Source of the DNA: Phycisphaerae bacterium
Lineage (GTDB): Bacteria > Planctomycetota > Phycisphaerae > UBA1845
Length of the DNA stretch: 64,000 nt
Reading direction: 5' to 3'
Assembly: GCA_963666835.2 (NCBI GenBank)
Contig: CAXXGO010000001.1
Coordinates: 1,440,001 to 1,504,000 of the forward strand
The notes below the pieces were generated by a model. It was not told the DNA's origin and did not search any database. It worked only from the letters and a program-made list of their open reading frames with translations. Made by a program: the position numbers and the translations under genes. Below are positions 51,243-60,111 of the stretch, one piece after another. Each line of letters begins with the position of its first letter. Positions within the stretch are counted from its first letter, which is position 1.

Positions 51243-51785
51243 ATGAAAGCGTTCTGGAGCGTAATAAGCGCAGGGCTGCGCCGTGAGAATCGGTGGCGAT
51301 TCGGTTCGGAGTCAATCACTCCGTACCATCTGATCACCGGGAGAGCTCCGCGGAACACGCCGAGGGCATTTTGGGTGTCCATCGGGAAGCTGAAGATGCT
51401 TCTTAGAGTGACGAGTTTACTTCTGATCCTGTGCGCCTTGGTCTTCTTTGGTGGGCTTGTACTCAAGCAAACGGCTGCGGTCGGGACCGTCCAGCCATAT
51501 GCGATTCTACCTCTTGTTCTCGTCAGCGTGGTTCACGGCTGTGCCGGGAGTTTCGGCTTGCGTATTGCATACGGGCGGTTCAAACGGTTCCTTACCGATC
51601 ACTCTTGGTGTGTTTGTCTGCGTTGTGGATATATTCTGGAAGGACTACCGTCGCCCCATCGATGCCCCGAGTGCAGTCTGGCCTACGATCGCAGGCAATT
51701 GGAAGCAACGTGGCGGGCGTGGATCAGCGAACGCATCGTGTACGGGCCGGATGACCGGGAGTCCGCTGCCGGTGGCGCCGGGTAG
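51243..51785 (+). CDS. 2-TM protein with C-terminal Zn ribbon
   Basis: CLRCGYILEGL....RCPEC. The TAG stop is contributed by the following repeat. Confidence 0.75.
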   Translation: MKAFWSVISAGLRRENRWRFGSESITPYHLITGRAPRNTPRAFWVSIGKLKMLLRVTSLLLILCALVFFGGLVLKQTAAVGTVQPYAILPLVLVSVVHGCAGSFGLRIAYGRFKRFLTDHSWCVCLRCGYILEGLPSPHRCPECSLAYDRRQLEATWRAWISERIVYGPDDRESAAGGAG

Positions 51786-51879
51786 GGCAGCTTGTCGACC
51801 TGCCTTTACCATTTGGGTTGACTTGGGCGTCGTCACCGCGTGAATATTGCGGTGAAGGCAGGTGGATCACCTGCCGCAC
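51782..51879 (+). repeat. 98-bp REPIN-like unit, copy 1
   Basis: GTAGGGCAG..GTCGACCTGCCTT-spacer-AAGGCAGGTG.ATCACCTG; two inverted REP hairpins. Confidence 0.85.
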
Positions 51880-51894
51880 TGCCGAGGAGCGGGT

Positions 51895-52509
51895 ATGTTA
51901 TTGAAAGCCGCATTGGCTATCGCGATCCTCGTGGCGGTGTTGTTGACCGTTGCATGGGTAGTGTCGGCGAATCAGCCGCGTGTTTTTATATGCAGTGATT
52001 CACTGAAGGCGGATACTGAGCTGTTATGCCGTCTTTGGACGATCGGCGATGGGTGGCTGCGAACGCCGCAGCAGGCGTCCACGACAATGCGGATAAGCGA
52101 GGATGAAGTGCCTGACGTTCCGTTTCGGCTGCCAGGTGCGAGTATGGTGCTGGCCGCTACGGAGGGCTCGCTGATCTTCGGGCGGGTGGAGCGGACCAGC
52201 AAGCGGACCCTTGCGGATTGGAGCTGCCGGGTTGCCGGTGACCCTATCGTGGTACTGCCGCTTTGGCTACTGCTTGCCATGTCGTTGGGAGTGTCGGCTT
52301 TAATAGCGGGCCTGTTTGGAGTGCGCCGCCACCGCCGCTCGCACCGGCGCGACGAGAACACATGTACTGAATGCGGGTATTTGTTGATAGGGCTAACGTC
52401 GTCGCGTTGTCCGGAATGTGGGACGTCGTTCGAAGATACCCCGGGCCGCTGCGGCGGATTGCCCGCCGGGATGACGGCAGATGGTGATTGTATTCGGCAC
52501 AGCGAGTAG
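51895..52509 (+). CDS. membrane protein with C-terminal Zn ribbon
   Basis: GAGGAG RBS; TM-loop-TM, Arg-rich linker, CTECGYLLIGL...RCPECG. Confidence 0.78.
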   Translation: MLLKAALAIAILVAVLLTVAWVVSANQPRVFICSDSLKADTELLCRLWTIGDGWLRTPQQASTTMRISEDEVPDVPFRLPGASMVLAATEGSLIFGRVERTSKRTLADWSCRVAGDPIVVLPLWLLLAMSLGVSALIAGLFGVRRHRRSHRRDENTCTECGYLLIGLTSSRCPECGTSFEDTPGRCGGLPAGMTADGDCIRHSE

Positions 52510-52529
52510 CACAACCGCGGGAGGATCGA

Positions 52530-53387
52530 ATGTTCGCCGAGCCGGCGCAAGACATCACGGATGCGACGGCGTCCGAGTCGAGTGCCTCCGAAGTGGTCCG
52601 CCTCGAGCCCCTGCGCTCGGCCCGGCGATGCCGTGAGCTAAGCACCAGTCAACAGACGATCGAGGGTCTGTACTTTCCCGGGGGGGTGTTGTTTCTGATG
52701 ATCCTTGAATACGCAGGCCCCACGTCCGTTCGGTTGGGGCTGATGGCTGTTGCGGCGGTTGTTTTGATGGGCGTGTGGAATGCTGTAAAACATCGACCAG
52801 ACGAGGAGGATGGGAATGGCGCATCCCAGAATGTTGAGGAGGGCACCAGGCAACGGCCGAAGAGACTCGTGTGCCGCGGACATCCGTACGACCTGGGCTT
52901 CTTCCGAAGGCCTTGCAGAGAGATGTTTGAACCGTACATTGTCTCCGCGCGTTCCGGATGGTGGGACCGGCACCCGGGTTGGCGATCTCTGTGCGGTATG
53001 GTTGTTCTCAGCGTGGGCTTCCGCGTCACGTCGTCGGTCTGGGGGCCCGTTGCATTGGCGGGAGCCTTCCAATACGCGGTTGATGTGGGCCGTTTTCTGT
53101 GGCCGCGCTATTATCGCGTTGTTCCGGGACGCGTAGAGGTCGTGCAATATCGTTTTCTCAATCGGGGCGACCCCATAATTGAAACGGTTCCGGTAAAGGG
53201 TGCGAGGATCATCTGTGATTTTCAGGATCAGGCTATTGAGATTGTGCAAACGGGCGATGATGCGGAGTGCTTTGTGATTCCCCTCGCGGGACTCGCGCAG
53301 CCCCGCATGCTCGCGCAGATGGTGTTCCGAGCGGCGGTTTGCAGGGCATCCGCCCCGGCCCTGCCGGCGACGGAACTGCTGGGTTAG
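52530..53387 (+). CDS. membrane hypothetical protein
   Basis: GGAGG RBS; about 4 hydrophobic segments and a soluble C-terminal domain. Confidence 0.65.
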   Translation: MFAEPAQDITDATASESSASEVVRLEPLRSARRCRELSTSQQTIEGLYFPGGVLFLMILEYAGPTSVRLGLMAVAAVVLMGVWNAVKHRPDEEDGNGASQNVEEGTRQRPKRLVCRGHPYDLGFFRRPCREMFEPYIVSARSGWWDRHPGWRSLCGMVVLSVGFRVTSSVWGPVALAGAFQYAVDVGRFLWPRYYRVVPGRVEVVQYRFLNRGDPIIETVPVKGARIICDFQDQAIEIVQTGDDAECFVIPLAGLAQPRMLAQMVFRAAVCRASAPALPATELLG

Positions 53388-53459
53388 ACTGTTTGGAGAC
53401 GCCACCGCCCTCGGGTGGGTCTCTGCTCACGGAACCAAGAGACGCTTTCGATGAGCCGG

Positions 53460-53539
53460 GTAGGGCAGGTCGTCGACCTGCCTTCACGATTTGGGTGGAT
53501 GTGGGCGTCGTGACCGCAGGAAAACTGTGGTGAAGGCAG
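53460..53539 (+). repeat. REPIN-like unit, copy 2 (right arm truncated)
   Basis: GTAGGGCAGGTCGTCGACCTGCCTTCAC...GTGAAGGCAG. Confidence 0.85.
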
Positions 53540-53553
53540 CGGAGGTGGCGTGA

Positions 53554-53994
53554 ATGGGTGCGATGGATCGGACGTTTAACGATCGTTTCTGGCCGGTCTT
53601 CGTTGGGTGCTTGGCGATCGGCATCGCAGAGCTCGCGGCCGTTGCGTGCGTCTGCCTCGGGCGAGAGGAGCTGGCCGGGGACCTTAACTCGTACTGGTTG
53701 TGGGGATCCCTTTTGTCACTATGGTTGTGGCCTCGTGTCGAGTCGTCGGCCGATGGCAAAGCCGGCGGGATTCTCAGCCGAACGCCGGCAAACACATCAC
53801 TGCTTGGCTGGCTGGTCATATGTGGAATACTGTCGGTGGTTGCGATCGTATACTGGGCGGAGAGCTTCTTCCCCGCTCCCTGGCCGGTTGTCGTACAGGG
53901 GGCTGCGGTGGGGCCTTATCTCGTTATGGTCTGCTGGATTGCGTGGAAAGCGGACGTGACGACCGATCAGGCAGGCTCGGCAGACGGAGTTTGA
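53554..53994 (+). CDS. 4-TM membrane hypothetical protein
   Basis: GGAGG upstream (in sequence replacing the repeat's right arm); four hydrophobic segments. Confidence 0.65.
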   Translation: MGAMDRTFNDRFWPVFVGCLAIGIAELAAVACVCLGREELAGDLNSYWLWGSLLSLWLWPRVESSADGKAGGILSRTPANTSLLGWLVICGILSVVAIVYWAESFFPAPWPVVVQGAAVGPYLVMVCWIAWKADVTTDQAGSADGV

Positions 53995-54053
53995 CGGCGT
54001 GGCGTGCGAGCCCGCGCTTGCCGGGCGGCAGTCGAGATTGTGTGGATGGGCAG

Positions 54054-54605
54054 ATGTCGATGAAGACCTTGCTTTGCATATGGGTCCCTGCATTTGTGGC
54101 GTCCAGTTTCGTATCGGGCGCCGTCGCGAAGCAGTTATGCAAACGGTATGCCGGTACACTGTTTTCAACGGAGCTGGTCCACTTCGACGGTGCGGCAGCC
54201 AGGAAAGAGGCGGTTGATCGAGCGCACCCGTTCAGGCAAAGGTTCTGGTGGTGGGGGCCCTTGCCGCTGATACAGGGGGTTGCTGCCGCGTGCCTGTGGC
54301 ACTTTCTGCCCTTTCCGAGGTCTGTTCCAGATGCTTATGGTATGGCGGTGATTGTGGGCGTTGTCTCTGTTGCGACGGCTGTCGGCGAGGTTTGGATAGC
54401 TAAGCGGGCGATTACGTGGGCGTTGCGCGAGCGCCTGATTGCGGAGGGGACGGTTGTTTGCCGAGGGTGCGGCTACGACCTGCGAGGGCAGGTAGAGCCG
54501 CGGTGCCCGGAATGCGCGAAGCCCTTTGAGCGTGCCGCTAAGAGTGAGTCGGCCGGAGAGCAACGCGAGGTGATTTTGGGAGAGAGCCCCGCGCCCGATG
54601 CATGA
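54054..54605 (+). CDS. membrane protein with C-terminal Zn ribbon
   Basis: 3 TMs, then CRGCGYDLRGQVEPRCPEC. Confidence 0.78.
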   Translation: MSMKTLLCIWVPAFVASSFVSGAVAKQLCKRYAGTLFSTELVHFDGAAARKEAVDRAHPFRQRFWWWGPLPLIQGVAAACLWHFLPFPRSVPDAYGMAVIVGVVSVATAVGEVWIAKRAITWALRERLIAEGTVVCRGCGYDLRGQVEPRCPECAKPFERAAKSESAGEQREVILGESPAPDA

Positions 54606-54623
54606 CACTCTGGCCGCTTGGTG

Positions 54624-54721
54624 GTAAGACAGGTCGTCGACCTGCCTTTGCCATTTGGGTCAATGTGAGCGTCGTGATCGCATGAAGATCGCGGTGAAGG
54701 CAGGTGAATTGCCTGCTCTAC
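54624..54721 (+). repeat. 98-bp REPIN-like unit, copy 3
   Basis: GTAAGACAGGTCGTCGACCTGCC...GGCAGGTGAATTGCCTGCTCTAC. Confidence 0.85.
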
Positions 54722-54738
54722 CGCACTGGAGGTAACAC

Positions 54739-54957
54739 GTGGCGGATGAGGATCGACGACGGTTCATTTGGCGCAAGGGGGTGCTTGGGTGCGGACTGCC
54801 CATGGGCCTGTTCTGGGCAGTTGCGATGCCGTGGCTCAATCCGTTTGAGAATCGGTCACTCGGAGGATTCTGGATCTACCTTGCGACGCTGCCAATCTGG
54901 TTCGTAGCAGGGTACTTGTTCGGGATGTTCATGTGGCCAGGCCCGCGGCGCAGGTGA
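54739..54957 (+). CDS. small 2-TM protein
   Basis: GGAGG-GTG start; RFIWRKGVLG.GLP.G and GYLFG...W. Confidence 0.65.
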   Translation: MADEDRRRFIWRKGVLGCGLPMGLFWAVAMPWLNPFENRSLGGFWIYLATLPIWFVAGYLFGMFMWPGPRRR

Positions 54958-54972
54958 TTCCGGGAGGTGCGG

Positions 54973-55404
54973 ATGGAAAAGGGAATGCGAGAACGCGTGA
55001 ATAGTGACAGGAACGAACTCGGGGTAGTGGCGTGTCCCGTTTGTGACAGTAGGGCGGTTCGCAAGATCAGATGGGCAAAGCGCCGGAGTATATGGTTGAC
55101 CATTCGCACGCCGCGCGAGTGTACGAGTTGTGGAACGTGGTTTGTGCCGCGGGGGAACATGCTTCTGAGGTCCGTGGCGGTAGTTTTCGGCGTATGCATG
55201 TTCCTCGGCCTTTTCGGCGTTCCGATGATCGAGGCGGCTCGGTACCTCTTTGGCGGTCACGGCAACGAGCCCGATTGGGTAGAGATCCTCGCGTGTGGGT
55301 TGCCCGCCGCTTTGACCTCCTTGTACGTTGCCGAGATAGGCATCAGGGGTGGAAGGGCGCGAATCCTGACCGACGAACAGGATGTGGATGACGCGACGGT
55401 TTGA
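54973..55404 (+). CDS. N-terminal Zn-ribbon, 2-TM protein
   Basis: CPVC...CTSCG, then two TMs; GGAGG RBS. Confidence 0.68.
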   Translation: MEKGMRERVNSDRNELGVVACPVCDSRAVRKIRWAKRRSIWLTIRTPRECTSCGTWFVPRGNMLLRSVAVVFGVCMFLGLFGVPMIEAARYLFGGHGNEPDWVEILACGLPAALTSLYVAEIGIRGGRARILTDEQDVDDATV

Positions 55405-55420
55405 GTAAAGTGTAAAGGCG

Positions 55421-55518
55421 GTAGGGCAGGTCGTCGACCTGCCTTCACCATTTGGGTTGACGTGGGCGTTGTGACTGCATGACGATTGCGGTGAAGGCAG
55501 GTGAATCACCTGGTCTAC
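55421..55518 (+). repeat. 98-bp REPIN-like unit, copy 4
   Basis: GTAGGGCAGGTCGTCGACCTGCC...GGCAGGTGAATCACCTGGTCTAC, with GTAG/CTAC at both ends. Confidence 0.9.
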
Positions 55519-55576
55519 TCCGCGACGGTCTGAGTAACGTGTAAAGAACAGGTATGCGTTCGCGGAGGATGAACGG

Positions 55577-56128
55577 ATGGACGGGACGATATACCGGCGG
55601 GTACACACGGAGGGGCTGCACGCCGTTGTGTGGGATGTGATGCGGCGTCACCGGGCGGTGGCCGCGGTGTTGGTGGGGCTGTTAATCGTCCTCGTCCGGG
55701 TCGCATGTGAGTGGCTGGCCGTTCCAGTATCGGAGCTGGTCAAATCTGCAGTGGCGTTAGGTTTGTACGTCCTGGCACTTGTCGCGCTGGATTGGCCTTG
55801 GATGAGCTACGCCCTGGCACGCCGGTTGTCGTTGGCCGCGGCCGCGACGCTCGCTTGCGTGGGTTCAGTCAACGCCCTTGTGAGGGACCCTCGTGGTTGG
55901 GATATCGTACCGTGGATCTTCCCGGTCGGGCTCGTTCTGACGTCTATGGTGTTCGGTGCGGTGGTGCTCGGGATTCTTTTCGCATTCACCTTCGTTCGGA
56001 AGCGTTATTGGCCGGTCTATCCTCCCGGGCATTGCCGGCGGTGCGGGTACGACCTGCGCGGACAGATCGAACTACGCTGTCCGGAATGTGGGACGTCGTT
56101 CGAACGCGCGGAGTCCGAACCCAAGTGA
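55577..56128 (+). CDS. 4-TM protein with C-terminal Zn ribbon
   Basis: PPGHCRRCGYDLRGQIELRCPECG. Confidence 0.8.
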   Translation: MDGTIYRRVHTEGLHAVVWDVMRRHRAVAAVLVGLLIVLVRVACEWLAVPVSELVKSAVALGLYVLALVALDWPWMSYALARRLSLAAAATLACVGSVNALVRDPRGWDIVPWIFPVGLVLTSMVFGAVVLGILFAFTFVRKRYWPVYPPGHCRRCGYDLRGQIELRCPECGTSFERAESEPK

Positions 56129-56284
56129 CGGCCGGGGGGGGGCGCATTATGCCCGACGCAAATGGGAAGATCGAGACGGCGCGCGTCGCGCGGAGGTTGC
56201 GGCAGGTCTCGTGCCTCGACCATGCCCTACCAAGCGGCATGGCCACGCAAGTGTGGACCATGGCGCCCGGCAGGTGGTAGGGCA
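56041..56284 (+). repeat. ~240-bp direct repeat (Zn-ribbon tail + REPs), copy A
   Basis: Near-identical to 57352-57592; the coding part is identical. Confidence 0.9.
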
Positions 56285-56374
56285 GGTCGTCGACGTGCCT
56301 TTACCATTTGTGTTGACGTGGGCATTGTGACCCCATGAAGGTTGCGGTAAAGGCAGGTGAATCACCTGGTCTGA
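56277..56374 (+). repeat. 98-bp REPIN-like unit, copy 5
   Basis: GTAGGGCAGGTCGTCGACGTGCC...GGCAGGTGAATCACCTGGTCT. Confidence 0.85.
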
Positions 56375-56453
56375 GCCTGTTGACAAGACGACGTGTCGAA
56401 GGCGATGTAGCGGGTTTTGACTTCTGGTTCGGTGAAGTAGGAAAGACAGCCGA

Positions 56454-56870
56454 ATGCACGGTCTTTTCGGAATGGACGACCCTGATCTTGAAGCGGGCAT
56501 ACGCAGGGAAGCCGGACGCCGTGCGGACAAGGGCGCCGCTGTATTATGCGTGGTTGTCGGGGCCGGCGTCGGCGCTGCTGGGGCGATTGTCACGGCCAAG
56601 CTGTTCGGTTGTAGTGCTTCGGCGACGTATTGTTTGATAGCGGGGGGCGCGTTGTCGGCTGTGGTCGTATTCGGTTGGCGCCAACGATCGCGCGAGCGGC
56701 GGGCGTTGCGGTCGGTTCTTGCCGAAATGCCGCACCGCTGCGCCAAGTGCGGTTATGATGTAAGAGGTAGCGCGATAGGAACGTGTTCCGAATGCGGGTG
56801 CGCCGTCGATGACCGCAAGGCGGAACAAGACACTGATGCGGTACGCATGGATGAAGGGCGTTCCGAATGA
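56454..56870 (+). CDS. 2-TM protein with C-terminal Zn ribbon
   Basis: CAKCGYDVRGS....CSECG; ATGA overlap with the next gene. Confidence 0.75.
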   Translation: MHGLFGMDDPDLEAGIRREAGRRADKGAAVLCVVVGAGVGAAGAIVTAKLFGCSASATYCLIAGGALSAVVVFGWRQRSRERRALRSVLAEMPHRCAKCGYDVRGSAIGTCSECGCAVDDRKAEQDTDAVRMDEGRSE

Positions 56871-57439
56871 GCCACAAGAGACTGACTGCGGTCTCGGTCG
56901 TAGGGCTGGTCGCGAGCATGATTCTGTGGATGTGTGCCGCGATCGTCGGTCCTGACACTCTGTACATGAACAGTGGGCTACGCCAGTTCCTCACGGAATC
57001 GGCACGGGTCGCCCTCGGGGAGTCATTCGCCCAGACGCGGGAGCAAACGAGCGGCTCAACGGGCGTACTGACGTTAGTGCGTGAATGGCCTCGCGGCGAA
57101 CGCTGGGCACCCAGCGGTAGACATCTTCTTGTCGGGCTCGCCCATGGACGCCTACTCTTCACGATGTTGAGAGTAACACCGGCGATGCGGTACTCTGAGG
57201 ACGGGATTACGAAGGAGCAACAGACGTTCTACGTGGGAGGGCAGGTCAGCTTATCCGTGCCGCTCCTCGCGTGCGTGTTCGCGCTGCTGCCGGCGTATTC
57301 TGTCCTGAGCCGCTTCCGGCCAAAGCCGTGGCCGGAGGGCTGTTGCGTTGCGTGCGGGTACGACCTGCGCGGACAGATCGAACTACGCTGTCCGGAATGT
57401 GGGACGTCGTTCGAACGCGCGGAGTCCGAACCCAAGTGA
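56867..57439 (+). CDS. membrane protein with C-terminal Zn ribbon
   Basis: TM-loop-TM, then CVACGYDLRGQIELRCPECG. Confidence 0.8.
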   Translation: MSHKRLTAVSVVGLVASMILWMCAAIVGPDTLYMNSGLRQFLTESARVALGESFAQTREQTSGSTGVLTLVREWPRGERWAPSGRHLLVGLAHGRLLFTMLRVTPAMRYSEDGITKEQQTFYVGGQVSLSVPLLACVFALLPAYSVLSRFRPKPWPEGCCVACGYDLRGQIELRCPECGTSFERAESEPK

Positions 57440-57615
57440 CGGCCGGGGGGGGCATTATGCCCGACGCAAATGGGAAGATTGAGACGGCGCGCGTCGCGCG
57501 GAGGTTGCGGCAGGTCTCGTGCCTCGACCATGCCCTACCAAGCGGCATGGCCGCGCAAGCGTGGACCATGGGACCCAGCAGGTGGTAGGGCATGGTCGAG
57601 GCACGAGACCTGCCG
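57352..57615 (+). repeat. direct repeat copy B plus perfect 31-bp inverted REP pair
   Basis: 57508-57538 and 57585-57615 are exact reverse complements (GTAGGGCATGGTCGAGGCACGAGACCTGCCG). Confidence 0.88.
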
Positions 57616-57956
57616 TCGATCGTTGCAGGAGCAAGGGTGTCCCGTCCATCCCGGCGTTTTCCGGGCTGGATGGGGCACACGTGCACCCGTGCCGGAATGG
57701 ATGCCCCCCATGCTAACCGATGCCCTCACCACAGAGTCTATTTACCGGGGGAGTTTCGCCCCGAGGAGCAGGATCCACGGAACGCGTTCTCGGTCTCCGG
57801 CCGTCTGTAAGTCGCGCTTGACCAAGACGTTCCGTTGACCACAATCAGGCTGCCGGCCTGCGATGGGCACCCGGCACGGACGGCCGGAGCGGAAGCCGTC
57901 GATCAAGTGGGCCGATCAGCTCCAAGTAGTCCGGCTACTTAAAGAGGAGAGAAACA

Positions 57957-59111
57957 ATGCTGCTTAGCCGACCATTGACCAACATGCCCCTGGCTCTGAT
58001 GTTCTGCCTCCTGGCCGCCCCCCTCGCAATCGCCGAGGAGGACGTGGTCGTGGTTACGGTCACGGGACAGGGGATTACCGAGGACGAGGCTTGTCGGGAC
58101 GCGCTCCGCAAGGCCTTGGAGCAAGGCGGGCGTAACGAGATCTCCTCGCACAGCCAAGTGGAGAACTTCGAGCTTATTCGGGACACCATCTACGCCCGGG
58201 CGGACGGCATCGTCACGGACTACAAGATTCTGCGCAAAGGCGACGGCGCCGGCGGGGTCAAGTACTGCGAGATCCAGGCGAAGGTGAGCAAAAACTCCGT
58301 CGCGTCCACTTGGGGCGAGGTTCAGAACGTGCTGGACCAGATCGGGCAACCGGGAGTCGCCGTGTATATCCTCGAGCGGATCGACGGGGTCAAACAGGAC
58401 AGCAGCATCCTGGAATCCAACATCGAGAACAGGCTGCTGGCCAAAGGTTTCACCGTATTCGCGAGTGAGCAGCTTCGGGCAATCGCCGAAAAGGAGTCGG
58501 CCGACGCTGAATCGGAAGGCAACGTCCAGAAGATGTTGGCCCAGGCGAAGGATTTCGGGACCCAGATCTTCATCACTGGTACGGCTCAAGCCAACGCGGC
58601 CGGGGTGCGGAATCTGTATGGTCAGGACACCGCCATGTACAACGGTGATGCCATGATCAAGATGTACTACACCGATACGGGCCAGCTCATGGCCAGCGAA
58701 CCGCTGCCGACTTGGCGCGGTGGGGCTCGAGGGTACTTCACGCACTCCCCGCAGGCCGGCAAGAAAGCCCTGGACGGCGCGGGCCAGGAGATCGTCGAGC
58801 GCTGCTATCAGAACGTGATGCGCGAGTGGGCAACGCGGATTAGTTACGGCGGCCTTCTGACTCTGGAAATCGAGGGCATGAACGTCGGCGAGGCCCTCAA
58901 ACTCAAGAAGAAGATAGCGGCGATCAACCCCGATAAGATCATTAATGTCAACGGCCCGAAGGCCACGAAGGGCGTGATGGTCTTTAGGATAAAGGCGAAG
59001 ATGACCGCCGAGGATCTGGCAATGTATCTGGTCGAAGATGATTGGGCCGCGATCATTGAAGTGGTGGACCTTAAACCCAATCGGATTCAGGCTAAGAAGG
59101 TCGGACCGTAG
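57957..59111 (+). CDS. exported protein, FlgT-N/LPP20-like N-terminal domain
   Basis: GAGGAG RBS, signal peptide, VTGQG..EDEA.RDALRKALEQ...I.S.SQVENF. Confidence 0.6.
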   Translation: MLLSRPLTNMPLALMFCLLAAPLAIAEEDVVVVTVTGQGITEDEACRDALRKALEQGGRNEISSHSQVENFELIRDTIYARADGIVTDYKILRKGDGAGGVKYCEIQAKVSKNSVASTWGEVQNVLDQIGQPGVAVYILERIDGVKQDSSILESNIENRLLAKGFTVFASEQLRAIAEKESADAESEGNVQKMLAQAKDFGTQIFITGTAQANAAGVRNLYGQDTAMYNGDAMIKMYYTDTGQLMASEPLPTWRGGARGYFTHSPQAGKKALDGAGQEIVERCYQNVMREWATRISYGGLLTLEIEGMNVGEALKLKKKIAAINPDKIINVNGPKATKGVMVFRIKAKMTAEDLAMYLVEDDWAAIIEVVDLKPNRIQAKKVGP

Positions 59112-59201
59112 AGAAAACGAGCCCGGCCGGTCTTCGGTCAGGCGGCGAGAGAATCGGTTCCTTCGATAGGATCCGACTGATTGCGAAAGGACGGTAGTAC
59201 A

Positions 59202-59693
59202 ATGCCTCGGGAACTACACGGACAGCTTACGGTCGACGAACAGCAGTTTGCGATCGTGATAAGCCGGTTTAATGAGTTCATTACCGGCAAGCTTCTGACC
59301 GGAGCAATCGATACGTTGAAACGGCACGGCTGTCCGGAGGATAACATAACCTCGGTGTTCGTACCCGGTGCGTTCGAGTTGCCTTTCATGGCCCAGAAAC
59401 TCGCGGAGAGCGAGCAGTTCGACGCGATTATCTGTCTGGGATGCGTGATTCGCGGACAGACGCCACATTTCGAATTCGTGGCCAGTGAAGCCGCCAAGGG
59501 CATCGCCCAGGTCGGGTTGACTACCGGCGTGCCGACGACCTTCGGCGTGATAACTTCGGACACGCTGGAGCAAGCCGTGGAGCGCGCCGGGTCGAAGGCG
59601 GGCAACAAGGGTGCGGACGCCGCTCTCAGTGCCATAGAGCTGACCAACCTCGCCTCCCAGATCGAGGACTCCGTCGCAAACGATCATGAATAG
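59202..59693 (+). CDS. ribH: 6,7-dimethyl-8-ribityllumazine synthase
   Basis: SRFNEFIT, VPGAFELP, LGCVIRG.TPHF and AG.K.GNKG. Confidence 0.96.
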   Translation: MPRELHGQLTVDEQQFAIVISRFNEFITGKLLTGAIDTLKRHGCPEDNITSVFVPGAFELPFMAQKLAESEQFDAIICLGCVIRGQTPHFEFVASEAAKGIAQVGLTTGVPTTFGVITSDTLEQAVERAGSKAGNKGADAALSAIELTNLASQIEDSVANDHE

Positions 59694-60111
59694 CCCTCGC
59701 CGCCACGCTCGGACCCTCGCAATGCAGGCCTTGTGTCAGTGGGATGTCCAACAGGATCAATCGTCGACCGCCCTGGGCGAGTTTCTGGCCGAGCAGGACG
59801 CCCCCGCCGCGGCAACTACCTACGCCACTGAGCTGGTCGAGTCCTTCTGGCGACAACGCCAGTTCGTAGATGATCTGATCGGCGCTGCCGCGGAGAAATG
59901 GGAACTGGCGCGGATTTCCGCGGTGGAGCGGAACATCATGCGCGTTGCGGTGGTTGAATTGCTCGACAACGACGTACCGCCTAAGGTAGCTTTGGACGAA
60001 GCCATCGAACTGGGCAAGGAGTTCGGCGGAGCCGAGTCGCCGCGTTTCGTCAACGGAGTGTTGGACAAGGTCTTAAGAAGTATGCCGCAAGGCGATCAAG
60101 GAAGCAGTTGA
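59686..60111 (+). CDS. nusB: transcription antitermination factor NusB
   Basis: RR.AR..AMQAL, W.L.R...VER.I.R, EAIEL.K.FG and FVNGVLD. Follows ribH. Confidence 0.93.
   Translation: MNSPRRHARTLAMQALCQWDVQQDQSSTALGEFLAEQDAPAAATTYATELVESFWRQRQFVDDLIGAAAEKWELARISAVERNIMRVAVVELLDNDVPPKVALDEAIELGKEFGGAESPRFVNGVLDKVLRSMPQGDQGSS

Noticed and set aside
51782..56374. Integron attC array or CRISPR array
   Set aside because: The repeats lack RYYYAAC/GTTRRRY ends, are 98 bp and are separated by whole genes. No cas gene is present. GTAG-tagged double hairpins fit REPINs better.
55577..57439. Diversity-generating retroelement TR/VR pair
   Set aside because: The duplicated coding part is identical rather than adenine-mutated, and no reverse transcriptase is in the window.
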